32,000 nt of DNA from Thermodesulfobacterium commune DSM 2178 (GCF_000734015.1 NZ_CP008796.1:1440001-1472000), one strand, 5' to 3'. Counted from the stretch's first letter, positions 17,489 to 26,551 are shown. Program-made: numbers and translations. The notes: generated by a model from the letters alone, not told the origin.

Positions 17489-18448
17489 ATGCTTAAGTTT
17501 GTAACTTTGGCAGTAAAAGTACAGCTTAACGTTCATGACCTTAACAATGAAACAGTAGCGGGAAATGTAACCGATATAAGGGTTATGGAATTTCTGGATG
17601 AGAATGGTACGCGAAGGGAGGCTCCAGCGGTTTCTGGAAGAATGCTCAAGCATTGGCATTATGAAGGAATGAGGCATTTGATATTAAATGGGTTATATAC
17701 TTCAGTTCCACTATGTGCTGGATGTAAAGTAGGAGAACCTATAAGACCAGCTGAAATTAAAAATGGCAACTTGAAACAAATTGCAAAACCTGAAGAGGAT
17801 GCAATTTTATCTTGCGTTATTTGCGATGTTCACGGTTATCTTATAGCAAGGGAAGCTGAAGGTGAAAGTGATAGAGGTATATCTGCAAGAAGAACTTCTC
17901 GGGCAATGTTTTCATGGCTTATGCCTGTTTTAGGTCCAGAGACTACCTCAACCCAAGTTATACATACAAGGGTGTCACAAATTAGAGAAAGAGGAGAGGG
18001 CGAGCAAGCAGCTCAAATGATTTTCAACAAATCGTATGCTTCAGGTATTTATGCCTTTGTGTCAGCTCTTGATGTAGATAGAATCGGGCTTGTTGAGTTG
18101 AACCTTGGTAGTTCAAATCCTTATGTTATCAATAATAACGATCGTAAAAATAGAATTAAGGTTGCCTTAGAAGCATATCGTTATCTGATTTCAGGACAAA
18201 TGGGAGCCTCTCTCTCACATGCCATACCTCACATGAACCCGATTGAGGTTTTCGTTGCCTATTCAGAAGTTGGACCTTTGCCTTTCCCTGTGTCACCAAT
18301 GTATAGTGATTATCTTTCCAAAACTGTAGGGCTTTTTCCCCAACATGCTAAGTTTCTTTACTGGGGGCAAAAAACCCCAGAAGGAGTAATTAAAAAAGAA
18401 AAAATTTCCGAAATTTTTGATGAGCTTTTAGGTAAGGTTGAAGAATAA
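17489..18448 (+). CDS. cas7: Cas7 backbone subunit (Csa2/Cst2/DevR family)
   Basis: LNVHDLNNE...AVSGRMLKHW is typical of the Csa2/DevR N-terminus. GGAGGTG precedes the ATG, and the position is between cas8 and cas5. Confidence 0.85.
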   Translation: MLKFVTLAVKVQLNVHDLNNETVAGNVTDIRVMEFLDENGTRREAPAVSGRMLKHWHYEGMRHLILNGLYTSVPLCAGCKVGEPIRPAEIKNGNLKQIAKPEEDAILSCVICDVHGYLIAREAEGESDRGISARRTSRAMFSWLMPVLGPETTSTQVIHTRVSQIRERGEGEQAAQMIFNKSYASGIYAFVSALDVDRIGLVELNLGSSNPYVINNNDRKNRIKVALEAYRYLISGQMGASLSHAIPHMNPIEVFVAYSEVGPLPFPVSPMYSDYLSKTVGLFPQHAKFLYWGQKTPEGVIKKEKISEIFDELLGKVEE

Positions 18449-18459
18449 GAGTTTTTAAC

Positions 18460-19257
18460 ATGAAAGCCATAGCTTTTAAAGTAAGATTAAATTCTCTTTA
18501 TTCCATTAGAATTCCCTTTACCTGGCAATCTGCTTTAACTTATCCTGTGTTACCACCATCGGCTGTGATTGGAATGTTTGCTAATGCTCTTCAACGCTAC
18601 AAGAATGATAGAAATCCTTTAGATTATCTTAATTTAGTGGAAGAAAACATAATTTGGGCTGGCTCAAGGCTCCTTACTCCATGCCTTATCAAGAGTTATA
18701 CAACCTCTGCCATTACTAAATGGGAAGATCATATAGGTGCTAAATTTACTAATGCTCTGGGAAGACAGTTTGCTTTTACAAAGACTTTAGAAATTGCTGG
18801 AATTTTTAAAGATGATACATTAATAAATGAGCTTGTAGAAGCTTTGATAACTTCTCCGCTTACCTGTGGAGATAGTGAGTCAGCTATAAGTTTAGAGAAT
18901 AAGCCTGAAGACATGATAAAGGAAGTTGAAAAAGTAGATGATTTAGAAAGTATCGTCACTAATTACCCCTTTCCCTTTACCAATGATATAGAAATTAGTG
19001 AAGGAAAAGGGCTTCTTTATCTTATGCATGAAAGGTGTAAACCCTCTGAGAAGAATTTTCCTCTCACTCTTTATCTTGTTCCCATAGAAGAAAAAGAAAG
19101 AATCCTATTTCCTACCTCCGTAACTATTCAGATTGTTAAGAAAAATTCAGAAAGTCCAAAAGAAGTGTTTAAAATTCAAGACATAGGATATGTCTTAAAA
19201 AGCCAATTTAAAAATAGAAGAACAAAAGCTAAGATAAAGAAAAGGAAAAAGAATTAA
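18460..19257 (+). CDS. cas5: Cas5 (I-A/I-B type)
   Basis: The N-terminus reads FKVRLNSLYSIRIPFTWQSALTYPVLPPSAVIGMFANAL (Cas5 P-x-P-S...G pattern). It follows cas7. Confidence 0.8.
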   Translation: MKAIAFKVRLNSLYSIRIPFTWQSALTYPVLPPSAVIGMFANALQRYKNDRNPLDYLNLVEENIIWAGSRLLTPCLIKSYTTSAITKWEDHIGAKFTNALGRQFAFTKTLEIAGIFKDDTLINELVEALITSPLTCGDSESAISLENKPEDMIKEVEKVDDLESIVTNYPFPFTNDIEISEGKGLLYLMHERCKPSEKNFPLTLYLVPIEEKERILFPTSVTIQIVKKNSESPKEVFKIQDIGYVLKSQFKNRRTKAKIKKRKKN

Positions 19258-19307
19258 AAATTTTGAGTTGCAGGATGATATTAAGTACAGGTTTTTTTAA
19301 ATTTTAA

Positions 19308-19345
19308 TACGAGAATTTTAAAACTATATTTTCAAAATTCTCGTA
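19308..19345. repeat. Perfect 12-bp inverted repeat TACGAGAATTTT/AAAATTCTCGTA with a 14-nt loop
   Basis: Arms at 19308-19319 and 19334-19345. It lies between the cas5 stop and the ATPase relic ATG. No U-tract follows, so it is not a canonical terminator. Confidence 0.6.
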
Positions 19346-19358
19346 CTAAAATAAAATC

Positions 19359-19874
19359 ATGATTAAAAGAAAATTGTTAGAAGAAATAAAAGGGCATTTG
19401 AATAAAAGGGAGATTACTTTTATCGTAGGTCCGAGGCAAGCGGGTAAGACTACACTAATGTTAATGTTTAAGGAATTTTTAGAATTTTTTTACTTCTCAG
19501 AGCAAGCTGATAAAGAAGATAGAGCTTGAATTGGAGTTTTACAGGATGCTGGATTTATTTTTGAAAACTTTATTTTCAATTTGCTTAAAGAAAAAGCAAG
19601 GCAAAACTTTGCTAAAATTTATTTCTGGAGAACAAAGGATAAAAGTGAGGTAGACTTTGTCGTAGAAAGAGGAAATGAGGTTATTCCTGTAGAAGTGAAG
19701 TACAAAAGGCTTACCAAACCAGAGATCACGAGAGGGATGAGAAGTTTTATAGAAAGATATAAGCCAAAGAAAGCTTTTATTGTAAACCTTGAACTTGAAA
19801 GCACTTTTTGTTTAAACAGTACCAAGCTTTATGTGGTACCTTATTACAAACTACTGACTGATTGTTTCTTATAA
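19359..19874 (+). pseudogene. Relic of a COG1373-type AAA+ ATPase (DUF4143 family): in-frame TGA plus a large internal deletion
   Basis: The N-terminus is MIKRKLLEEIKGHLNKREITFIVGPRQAGKTTL (Walker A), then TGA at 19527. The same frame continues ...GFIFENFIFNLLKE...KSEVDFVVERGNEVIPVEVKYK, which is the family C-terminus. That is 172 codons in total, against the roughly 400 aa I remember for intact members. Confidence 0.75.
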
Positions 19875-19876
19875 AG

Positions 19877-20371
19877 ATGGTATCCGTAACAGGCACACTT
19901 ATCTGGTATTACTACATTTGTCCAAGGGAAGTATGGCTTATGAGCAGACACTTAAATCCGTCTCAGGATGACCCTTTTATTGAAATTGGAAGGCTTATAA
20001 GTAAGGAAGCTTACCAACGAGAAAGAAAAGAGGTAAGGGTTGAAAATATTGTTATAGATCTTCTAAAAAGTTCAGAGGGTGAAGTTGTGGTAGGAGAGGT
20101 GAAAAAATCATCGAAGTATGAAAAAAGTGCCAAGATGCAGATTTGTTATTATCTTATGAGATTAAAAGCACTTGGTATTCTTGCTAAAGGAGTTCTTCTT
20201 TTTCCAAAAGAAAAAAAGAGGATTGAGGTAGATCTTACTCCAGAGATTGAAGAAGAATTAAAAAATACTATTGCTGACATAAAGGCAATTTCTGAAAAAG
20301 AGACGCCGCCCCCAGCAAAAAAAATTAAGTTTTGTGCAAAATGTGGTTATAAGGAGTTTTGCTGGGCATGA
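19877..20371 (+). CDS. cas4: Cas4 (RecB-like nuclease with a C-terminal Cys cluster)
   Basis: VTGTLIWYYYICPREVWL and the C-terminus FCAKCGYKEFCW. ATG 19877 lies just after the relic stop. The ORF track starts at TTG 19862. Confidence 0.85.
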   Translation: MVSVTGTLIWYYYICPREVWLMSRHLNPSQDDPFIEIGRLISKEAYQRERKEVRVENIVIDLLKSSEGEVVVGEVKKSSKYEKSAKMQICYYLMRLKALGILAKGVLLFPKEKKRIEVDLTPEIEEELKNTIADIKAISEKETPPPAKKIKFCAKCGYKEFCWA

Positions 20372-21360
20372 AAAAAACTGTTTATATCTTTACAGACGGA
20401 GAACTTAAACGAAAGGACAACACTATTTGCTTAGAGACTTCTAATGGTAAGAAATATCTTCCTGTTGAAAATGTAGCTGAAATCTTGGTTTTTGGAGAAG
20501 TAACAGTAAACAAGCGTTTTCTCGAATTTCTCACTCAATCAGAAATAATTCTTCATTTTTTTAACCGATATGGTTATTATGTCGGCTCTTTTTATCCACG
20601 CGAACATCTAAACTCTGGTTACATGATTTTAAAACAGGCTGAATTTTATCTTGATAGGGATAAAAGATTTGTTCTTGCAAAAAAGTTTGTTTGGGGAGCT
20701 ATAGAAAACATCAAAAAAGTCCTTACCTACTATCAGAATAGAGGAAAGAATTTAGAGGAAATTATTGATAAGGTTAACTCTATAAGTGATGGACTTGTAA
20801 GATGTAGAAATGTAGATGAGCTCATGGCTATTGAGGGAAATGTAAGAGAGCAGTATTACCATGCTTTCGATAGAATCCTTAATAAGGAACATTTTGTTTT
20901 TGAAGCCCGCAGTAAAAGACCACCAAAAAATAGATTAAATGCTCTTATAAGTTTTGGGAATTCGCTTCTTTATACAGTTTGTCTAAGCGAGATTTATAGA
21001 ACTCATCTTGATCCAAGGATTGGGTTTCTTCATACTACTAACTTTAGGAGGTTTAGTCTTAATCTTGATGTAGCTGAAATTTTTAAGCCAATTATTGTGG
21101 ATAGAGTGATTTTTAATTTGGTTAACAAGTCTATTATTAAATCTCAACATTTTGAGAGTAAACTTGACGGTATTGTGTTAAATGAAAAGGGGAAACAGGT
21201 GTTTATTAAAGAATTTGATGAAAAATTAAAAACAACGCTTTATCATAAAAGATTAAAAAGAAAGATATCTTACAGAAGTTTAATTCGTTTAGAGTTGTAT
21301 AAGATTGAAAAACACTTAATGGGAGACGAAGAATATAAACCTTTTATAAGTGAATGGTAG
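20368..21360 (+). CDS. cas1: Cas1 integrase
   Basis: MKKTVYIFTDGELKRKDNT..., MAIEGNVREQYY, NALISFGNSLLY and DPRIGFLH. AAGGAG lies 11 nt upstream, and there is an ATGA overlap with the cas4 stop. Confidence 0.95.
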   Translation: MKKTVYIFTDGELKRKDNTICLETSNGKKYLPVENVAEILVFGEVTVNKRFLEFLTQSEIILHFFNRYGYYVGSFYPREHLNSGYMILKQAEFYLDRDKRFVLAKKFVWGAIENIKKVLTYYQNRGKNLEEIIDKVNSISDGLVRCRNVDELMAIEGNVREQYYHAFDRILNKEHFVFEARSKRPPKNRLNALISFGNSLLYTVCLSEIYRTHLDPRIGFLHTTNFRRFSLNLDVAEIFKPIIVDRVIFNLVNKSIIKSQHFESKLDGIVLNEKGKQVFIKEFDEKLKTTLYHKRLKRKISYRSLIRLELYKIEKHLMGDEEYKPFISEW

Positions 21361-21363
21361 GCA

Positions 21364-21627
21364 ATGTATGTGATTTTAGTGTATGATATTAATGAAAAAA
21401 GAGTGCAAAAAGTGTTAAAGATTTGTAGAAAATTTTTGCATTGGGTACAAAATTCAGTTTTTGAAGGAGAGATTACAGAAGCAAAACTTTTCAAGCTAAA
21501 ACAGCAGCTTAACCATGTTATAGATCCTGAAGAAGATTCGGTGGTTATATATACGTTTTTAACTGAGAAGTATTCAAGAAGGGAGATTTTAGGAAAGAAC
21601 AAAGCGGTTACGGATGTGATTATATAA
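21364..21627 (+). CDS. cas2: Cas2
   Basis: 87 aa, MYVILVYDI...RVQKVLKICRKFLHWVQNSVFEGE. It starts 3 nt after cas1. Confidence 0.95.
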   Translation: MYVILVYDINEKRVQKVLKICRKFLHWVQNSVFEGEITEAKLFKLKQQLNHVIDPEEDSVVIYTFLTEKYSRREILGKNKAVTDVII

Positions 21628-21788
21628 AATTTCTGTCGATCTTAGATAATGTAAAAGTTCTTGGGGATAGACGAAGGGCAAGATATTAGATTAAATCTTG
21701 ACAAGCTGGATTTTGGAGTGGTAATTTTTTAAAAAAAGGAATTAGTTCTTTGACAATTGAATAATAGATTTTATAATATTTTAAATGG
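21628..21788 (+). promoter_or_regulatory. CRISPR leader (161 nt, AT-rich)
   Basis: It lies between the cas2 stop and the first repeat, and contains the promoter listed below. Confidence 0.75.
21750..21777 (+). promoter_or_regulatory. Near-consensus sigma70 promoter for the array (TTGACA-N16-TATAAT)
   Basis: TTGACA at 21750-21755 and TATAAT at 21772-21777, 11 nt upstream of repeat 1. Confidence 0.55.
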
Positions 21789-23221
21789 GTTTTGAGCCTA
21801 CCTACAAGGAATTGAAACCTCCTGTTTTTCCTGAGTATTCAGCTCTTATTGACCCGGTTTTGAGCCTACCTACAAGGAATTGAAACTCAAGAGACTTGTA
21901 ATAATTGTCCATCTGGATATGTTTAGTTTTGAGCCTACCTACAAGGAATTGAAACGTGCTTGGTATGATGTTTTAGAGGTTTATGTAGATGGTTTTGAGC
22001 CTACCTACAAGGAATTGAAACTAAGCAATTTTCTCAACATCTTTTATCCCCACCTCCGTGTTTTGAGCCTACCTACAAGGAATTGAAACTTTCCAGCCTT
22101 TTCCCATCTATTTCGTCCTCAAAAAGTTTTGAGCCTACCTACAAGGAATTGAAACCAAACTACTACCTTCTCCCCCAAATAATTAAAATAAGTTTTGAGC
22201 CTACCTACAAGGAATTGAAACGAAGAAGAGGTAGCTCAAAAATTAGGTATTAAAAAATGTTTTGAGCCTACCTACAAGGAATTGAAACGTTCAATACGAC
22301 ACATAGAAGGCTTGTGGGAACTATACGTTTTGAGCCTACCTACAAGGAATTGAAACAGGAAAAAGAAGGATAATTCTTCGGTGGAAAAATAACGTTTTGA
22401 GCCTACCTACAAGGAATTGAAACTGAATTTGTAATGAAAAGATGAAGCGAGATGTTTTTGTTTTGAGCCTACCTACAAGGAATTGAAACTGAGAACTGGA
22501 AATTATCAGTATTCAGTGCCTGAGATGTTTTGAGCCTACCTACAAGGAATTGAAACATCTATCTGTTTAGGTATCTGAAATTCAATCATTCCGGTTTTGA
22601 GCCTACCTACAAGGAATTGAAACTTTACCATGAAGGACCCCACTGATCATTCGGGAAATCGTTTTGAGCCTACCTATAAGGAATTGAAACACCGCTCCCT
22701 TTCCTATCCGAGCCAACTCAAAAGAGAGTTTTGAGCCTACCTATAAGGAATTGAAACCTTTAAACTTCCCAATCCAAGGCACAGGAGCCGAATGTTTTGA
22801 GCCTACCTATAAGGAATTGAAACACTGTTTAAATTTCTTGCTTGCCTCTTGACTATATTGGTTTTGAGCCTACCTATAAGGAATTGAAACCCCTCAGGTA
22901 ATCTTGTCCTGAGAACAAAGTGTATGGGTTTTGAGCCTACCTATAAGGAATTGAAACGTTTCACCGTTCAATTCTTGCATATATCTAATTAGGTTTTGAG
23001 CCTACCTATAAGGAATTGAAACGAAGATAGCCCAGACCCAGAGCATCCACAGTGCATAAGTTTTGAGCCTACCTATAAGGAATTGAAACATGAGTCTCTT
23101 GACATTTTCTAAAAATATGTTAAAAGTTTTGAGCCTACCTATAAGGAATTGAAACATATTAATATACACAACACGTTGCCCTGCTTTATCAGTTTTGAGC
23201 CTACCTATAAGGAATTGAAAC
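21789..23221 (+). CRISPR. CRISPR array: 22 repeats of 30 nt (GTTTTGAGCCTACCTAYAAGGAATTGAAAC) and 21 unique spacers of 35-39 nt
   Basis: I located every repeat by hand. Repeat starts are 21789, 21857, 21926, 21992, 22060, 22126, 22192, 22259, 22327, 22394, 22460, 22527, 22594, 22661, 22728, 22794, 22861, 22928, 22993, 23060, 23126 and 23192. The ATTGAAAC 3' end, which gives the 8-nt crRNA 5' handle, fixes the orientation as +. Repeats 1-13 have C at repeat position 17 and repeats 14-22 have T. Confidence 0.98.
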
Positions 23222-23243
23222 ATTACTCCTTATTTGCCCTTAC

Positions 23244-26200
23244 ATGCTTACAGAAGGCTCGATAATTGAAGGAGACTTTTGGCCTGAGCCTGTTGAAGTC
23301 AAAAGAGTAGAAGAGGTAGAGGATGGATACCGCATCGTTGGTTCAACGATAATTTCCCGTCAGCATGTAGATGATTTCATCGCCTTTTCAGACCTTCCAA
23401 AGATAAAAACTAAAGAATTCTTGTTAAGTTTTACTCAACCGGGCTCTGAAGCCTTTTTAGCCCTTGAGGCTCTTCGGTTTAGGTATGCTTCCCTTTTTGA
23501 CCCCTTGCTTGCTGTAAACGTCTCCAAAGTCGAGCCCCTACCCTTTCAGATTGAAGCTGTCTATGGCTATATCCTAAAGCTTCCTCATATAAGGTTTCTT
23601 CTTGCTGACGACCCCGGGGCAGGAAAGACTATCATGGCTGGTCTTGTGATAAAAGAGTTAAAGCTTAGAGGGCTTGCTAGGCGAATCCTCATCGTTGTCC
23701 CAGGTCATCTAAAAGATCAATGGTTAAGAGAATTGCAAGAAAGGTTTAAAGAAACCTTTGTAGTCTTTGATAGATACACTTTAAACGCCTCCTACGGAGA
23801 TAACTTTTTACTTCGGAATAATCAAGTCATAACCTCTATGGACTTTGCTAAACAAGAAGAGATCTTACCCCTTTTTGCTTCCTCTCATTGGGACCTAACC
23901 ATCGTTGACGAAGCCCATAAAATGGCAGCCTACAGATACGGTGAAAAAGTTGAAAAAACGCAAAGGTATAAATTAGGGGAAACCCTTTCAAAAACCTCTA
24001 CCCATCTGCTCTTTCTTACAGCAACCCCTCACAAAGGGGACCCAGAGAATTTTCGCCTACTTCTTGACCTACTTAAACCTGGATTTTTTGCAACTTCTGA
24101 GATGGTTGAAGCCTCCTTAAGAGACCAAGATAACCCTCTTTTTATAAGACGGCTTAAAGAAGACCTAAGAGATTTTGAAGGCAAGCCGTTATTTACCAAT
24201 CGCTATCCTAAAACCATTAAGTTCACGCTTTCTGACGAAGAAAGAGAGCTTTACCAAGAGCTTTCTCAGTATGTCGTTGAGCAATACAACAAAGCTTTGA
24301 CCCTTGATAAAAAGAGAAACATTGGTTTTGCCCTTCTAATACTTCAGAGAAGAATGGCCTCAAGCACTTATGCCCTCCTTAAATCCCTTGAGAGAAGAAA
24401 AAACCGTCTTGAAGACCTGCTTAAAAGCCCTGAGCTTGATAAAAAACTTACTAATTTAGAAGACTTTGAAGAAGTAGAAGATTATCAGGAAAAAGAAAGA
24501 TGGAAAATAGAAGAAAAATGGGAAACAATTAGCTTAGCAAGAAACAAAGAAGAGCTAAGAAGAGAGATTTGGACAATTGAGAGACTAATAGAAAAAGCTA
24601 AAGAAATATTAGCAGAAGAAAAGGAAGTAAAACTATCTGAATTAAAGAAGGCTATTGAAGAGGGGTTTAGAAAGCTAAAAGAAGTTGGCGGAAACGAGAA
24701 AATTTTGATTTTTACAGAATCTAAGGACACTTTAGAATATCTTGTAAACAAAATTAAATCGTGGGGATACTCTATCAACTATATTCATGGTGGAATGGAT
24801 TTAAGAGAAAGAGTGGAAGCAGAAAGAGTGTTCAGAGATAAAACACAAATTATGGTAGCAACAGAGGCAGCTGGTGAAGGTATAAACCTTCAATTCTGCA
24901 ATCTTATGATAAATTACGACATTCCTTGGAACCCAAACCGCCTTGAACAAAGAATAGGAAGGATACACCGGTATGGACAACAGAAAGATGTATTTATCTT
25001 CAATCTTGTAGCGATTGACACGATAGAGGGAAGAATTTTATCCAAACTCTTCGACAAGCTTGAAGAAATTAAAGAAAAACTTGGTAGCGATAGAGTATTT
25101 GACATAATAGGTGAGGTCTTCTTAGGGAAAAATCTGTATCAATTGATCGTAGAGGCTGTAGTGCAGGCAAAAACTTTGGATGAAATCATAAAAGAAATAG
25201 ACATAGAAGTTGATGAAGAATATATTAGGAAAGTTAAGTCAGCCTTGGGAGAAAGTTTAGCTACAAAGTTTATAGATTATACAAGGATAAAGGAACTTTT
25301 TGAAAAGGCAAAAGAAAATAGGCTTATTCCTGAGTATGTAGAAGAATTTTTCAAGAAAGCGTTCACAAAAGCAGGAGGAAGCTATCATATCAGAAAAGAT
25401 GGTTTTATCAGCTTAGAGGCTCTTCCTTTTGAGCTAAAAAACATAGCTCAGAAACAAAACATAACTCTTGCCAAATATCCTAAGGCAACCTTTGATAAGG
25501 ATAAAGCCTTTAAAAATCCTGATGCAGAATTTATCTCCTTTGGGCATCCGCTTCTTGAAACGCTTATAGATTGGGTACATCAAACCTTTCTAAACAATCT
25601 TCAAAAGGGAGCTATGTTTGAAGACCCAGACGGAAAATATAACGGTATCATTTGGTTCTTTGAAGGGGAAGTAAAAGATGGAAAAGGAGAAACAGCAGGA
25701 AAGAGGATCTTTGCCATCTACGATGATATGGAAAAAAACTTTACCGAAATAAACCCAGCGGTTATCTGGGACCTAATTCCAATAGATAATCCAACTGAAG
25801 TGCCAAACTTAGAAAATCTTAATTCGAGAAAAGAGAATACTAAAAACTTTGCTCGACAACTAATAATGAAGTATAAAAAAGAAATTGAAGAAGAAAGGAC
25901 AAGGCAAGCTGAAATAAAAGAAAAATACGGTATCAAATCTTTAGAATATCTCATCGATAAGCTAGATGAAGAACTTGTTGTGCTGTATGAAAGAGAGGAT
26001 AAAGGAAAAGAGGTAAGGTTAGCTATCCAAAACAAAGAAGAAAGAAAAAAATATTATCAAAAGGCTTTAGATGAGCTTAAAGAAGAAATAAAAAGGGAAA
26101 AAACTTTGACCATAACTTGGCCTCAGTTCAAAGGGGCAATCTTAGTTAAACCTAAAAAAACAGACCAAATGGTTAGCGATGAGGAAATAGAAAGAATAGG

Positions 26201-26549
26201 TATGGAAATTGCGATGGAATACGAAAGAAGTCAAGGAAGGGAGCCTGAAGATGTGTCAAAAGAAAACCTTGGGTTTGACATTAGGTCAAGAGGAAAAGAT
26301 GAGATAAGATACATTGAGGTAAAGGCAAGAAAAGATGAGGGAGATGTAGCATTAACCGTCAACGAATGGCTTAAGGCAAAACGCTTTAAAGAAAACTACT
26401 GGCTCTACATAGTTTGCAACGCCATCACCAATCCAACTCTATACATCATTAACAACCCTGCGGAGAATTTGAAAGTTCAAGATAAGGTAGAAGTAGTAAG
26501 GTTTATTGTTCCGTTAGAAGAATGGAAGAAAAAAGGAGAGAGGGCATAA
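23244..26549 (+). CDS. SNF2/SF2 helicase with a C-terminal DUF3883-like PD-(D/E)xK domain
   Basis: LLADDPGAGKTIMAG (motif I), LTIVDEAHKMA (DEAH), LFLTATPHKG (III), IMVATEAAGEGINLQ (V) and LEQRIGRIHRYGQ (VI). There are coiled-coil inserts. The C-terminus IERIGMEIAMEYERSQG...GFDIRS...IRYIEVKAR...EWLKAKRFKENYWLYIV matches the remembered DUF3883 pattern. Confidence 0.85.
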   Translation: MLTEGSIIEGDFWPEPVEVKRVEEVEDGYRIVGSTIISRQHVDDFIAFSDLPKIKTKEFLLSFTQPGSEAFLALEALRFRYASLFDPLLAVNVSKVEPLPFQIEAVYGYILKLPHIRFLLADDPGAGKTIMAGLVIKELKLRGLARRILIVVPGHLKDQWLRELQERFKETFVVFDRYTLNASYGDNFLLRNNQVITSMDFAKQEEILPLFASSHWDLTIVDEAHKMAAYRYGEKVEKTQRYKLGETLSKTSTHLLFLTATPHKGDPENFRLLLDLLKPGFFATSEMVEASLRDQDNPLFIRRLKEDLRDFEGKPLFTNRYPKTIKFTLSDEERELYQELSQYVVEQYNKALTLDKKRNIGFALLILQRRMASSTYALLKSLERRKNRLEDLLKSPELDKKLTNLEDFEEVEDYQEKERWKIEEKWETISLARNKEELRREIWTIERLIEKAKEILAEEKEVKLSELKKAIEEGFRKLKEVGGNEKILIFTESKDTLEYLVNKIKSWGYSINYIHGGMDLRERVEAERVFRDKTQIMVATEAAGEGINLQFCNLMINYDIPWNPNRLEQRIGRIHRYGQQKDVFIFNLVAIDTIEGRILSKLFDKLEEIKEKLGSDRVFDIIGEVFLGKNLYQLIVEAVVQAKTLDEIIKEIDIEVDEEYIRKVKSALGESLATKFIDYTRIKELFEKAKENRLIPEYVEEFFKKAFTKAGGSYHIRKDGFISLEALPFELKNIAQKQNITLAKYPKATFDKDKAFKNPDAEFISFGHPLLETLIDWVHQTFLNNLQKGAMFEDPDGKYNGIIWFFEGEVKDGKGETAGKRIFAIYDDMEKNFTEINPAVIWDLIPIDNPTEVPNLENLNSRKENTKNFARQLIMKYKKEIEEERTRQAEIKEKYGIKSLEYLIDKLDEELVVLYEREDKGKEVRLAIQNKEERKKYYQKALDELKEEIKREKTLTITWPQFKGAILVKPKKTDQMVSDEEIERIGMEIAMEYERSQGREPEDVSKENLGFDIRSRGKDEIRYIEVKARKDEGDVALTVNEWLKAKRFKENYWLYIVCNAITNPTLYIINNPAENLKVQDKVEVVRFIVPLEEWKKKGERA

Positions 26550-26551
26550 GG

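Noticed and set aside
19261-19298. T-run GTTTTTTT at 19291 after cas5 as a rho-independent terminator
   Set aside because: I could not find a convincing GC-containing stem immediately upstream. CAGG...CAGG is a direct repeat, not an inverted one.
21634-21674. TGTCGATC ... GATAGACG in the leader as an inverted-repeat protein-binding site, like the GTCGAT/ATCGAC pairs I recall from clostridial I-B leaders
   Set aside because: Only 6 of 8 positions are complementary here, and my memory of the comparison motif is imprecise. I keep it only as supporting similarity in the repeat-element finding.
21880-22086. 68-aa ORF in the ORF track (and 23002-23223 on the minus strand, 73 aa) with internally repeated peptide motifs
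   Set aside because: Both lie wholly inside the CRISPR array. The repeated peptide segments (FEPTYKELK / MFQFLIGRLKT) are simply translations of the 30-nt repeat.
21819-22526. Spacers 1 and 11 share AGTATTCAG and CCTGAG, hinting at a common target
   Set aside because: The shared words occur in permuted order, so the spacers cannot be overlaid as one contiguous protospacer. Matches of 9 nt and 6 nt are within chance for AT-rich spacers. I found no spacer match to this window by eye, but an exhaustive search needs a computer.
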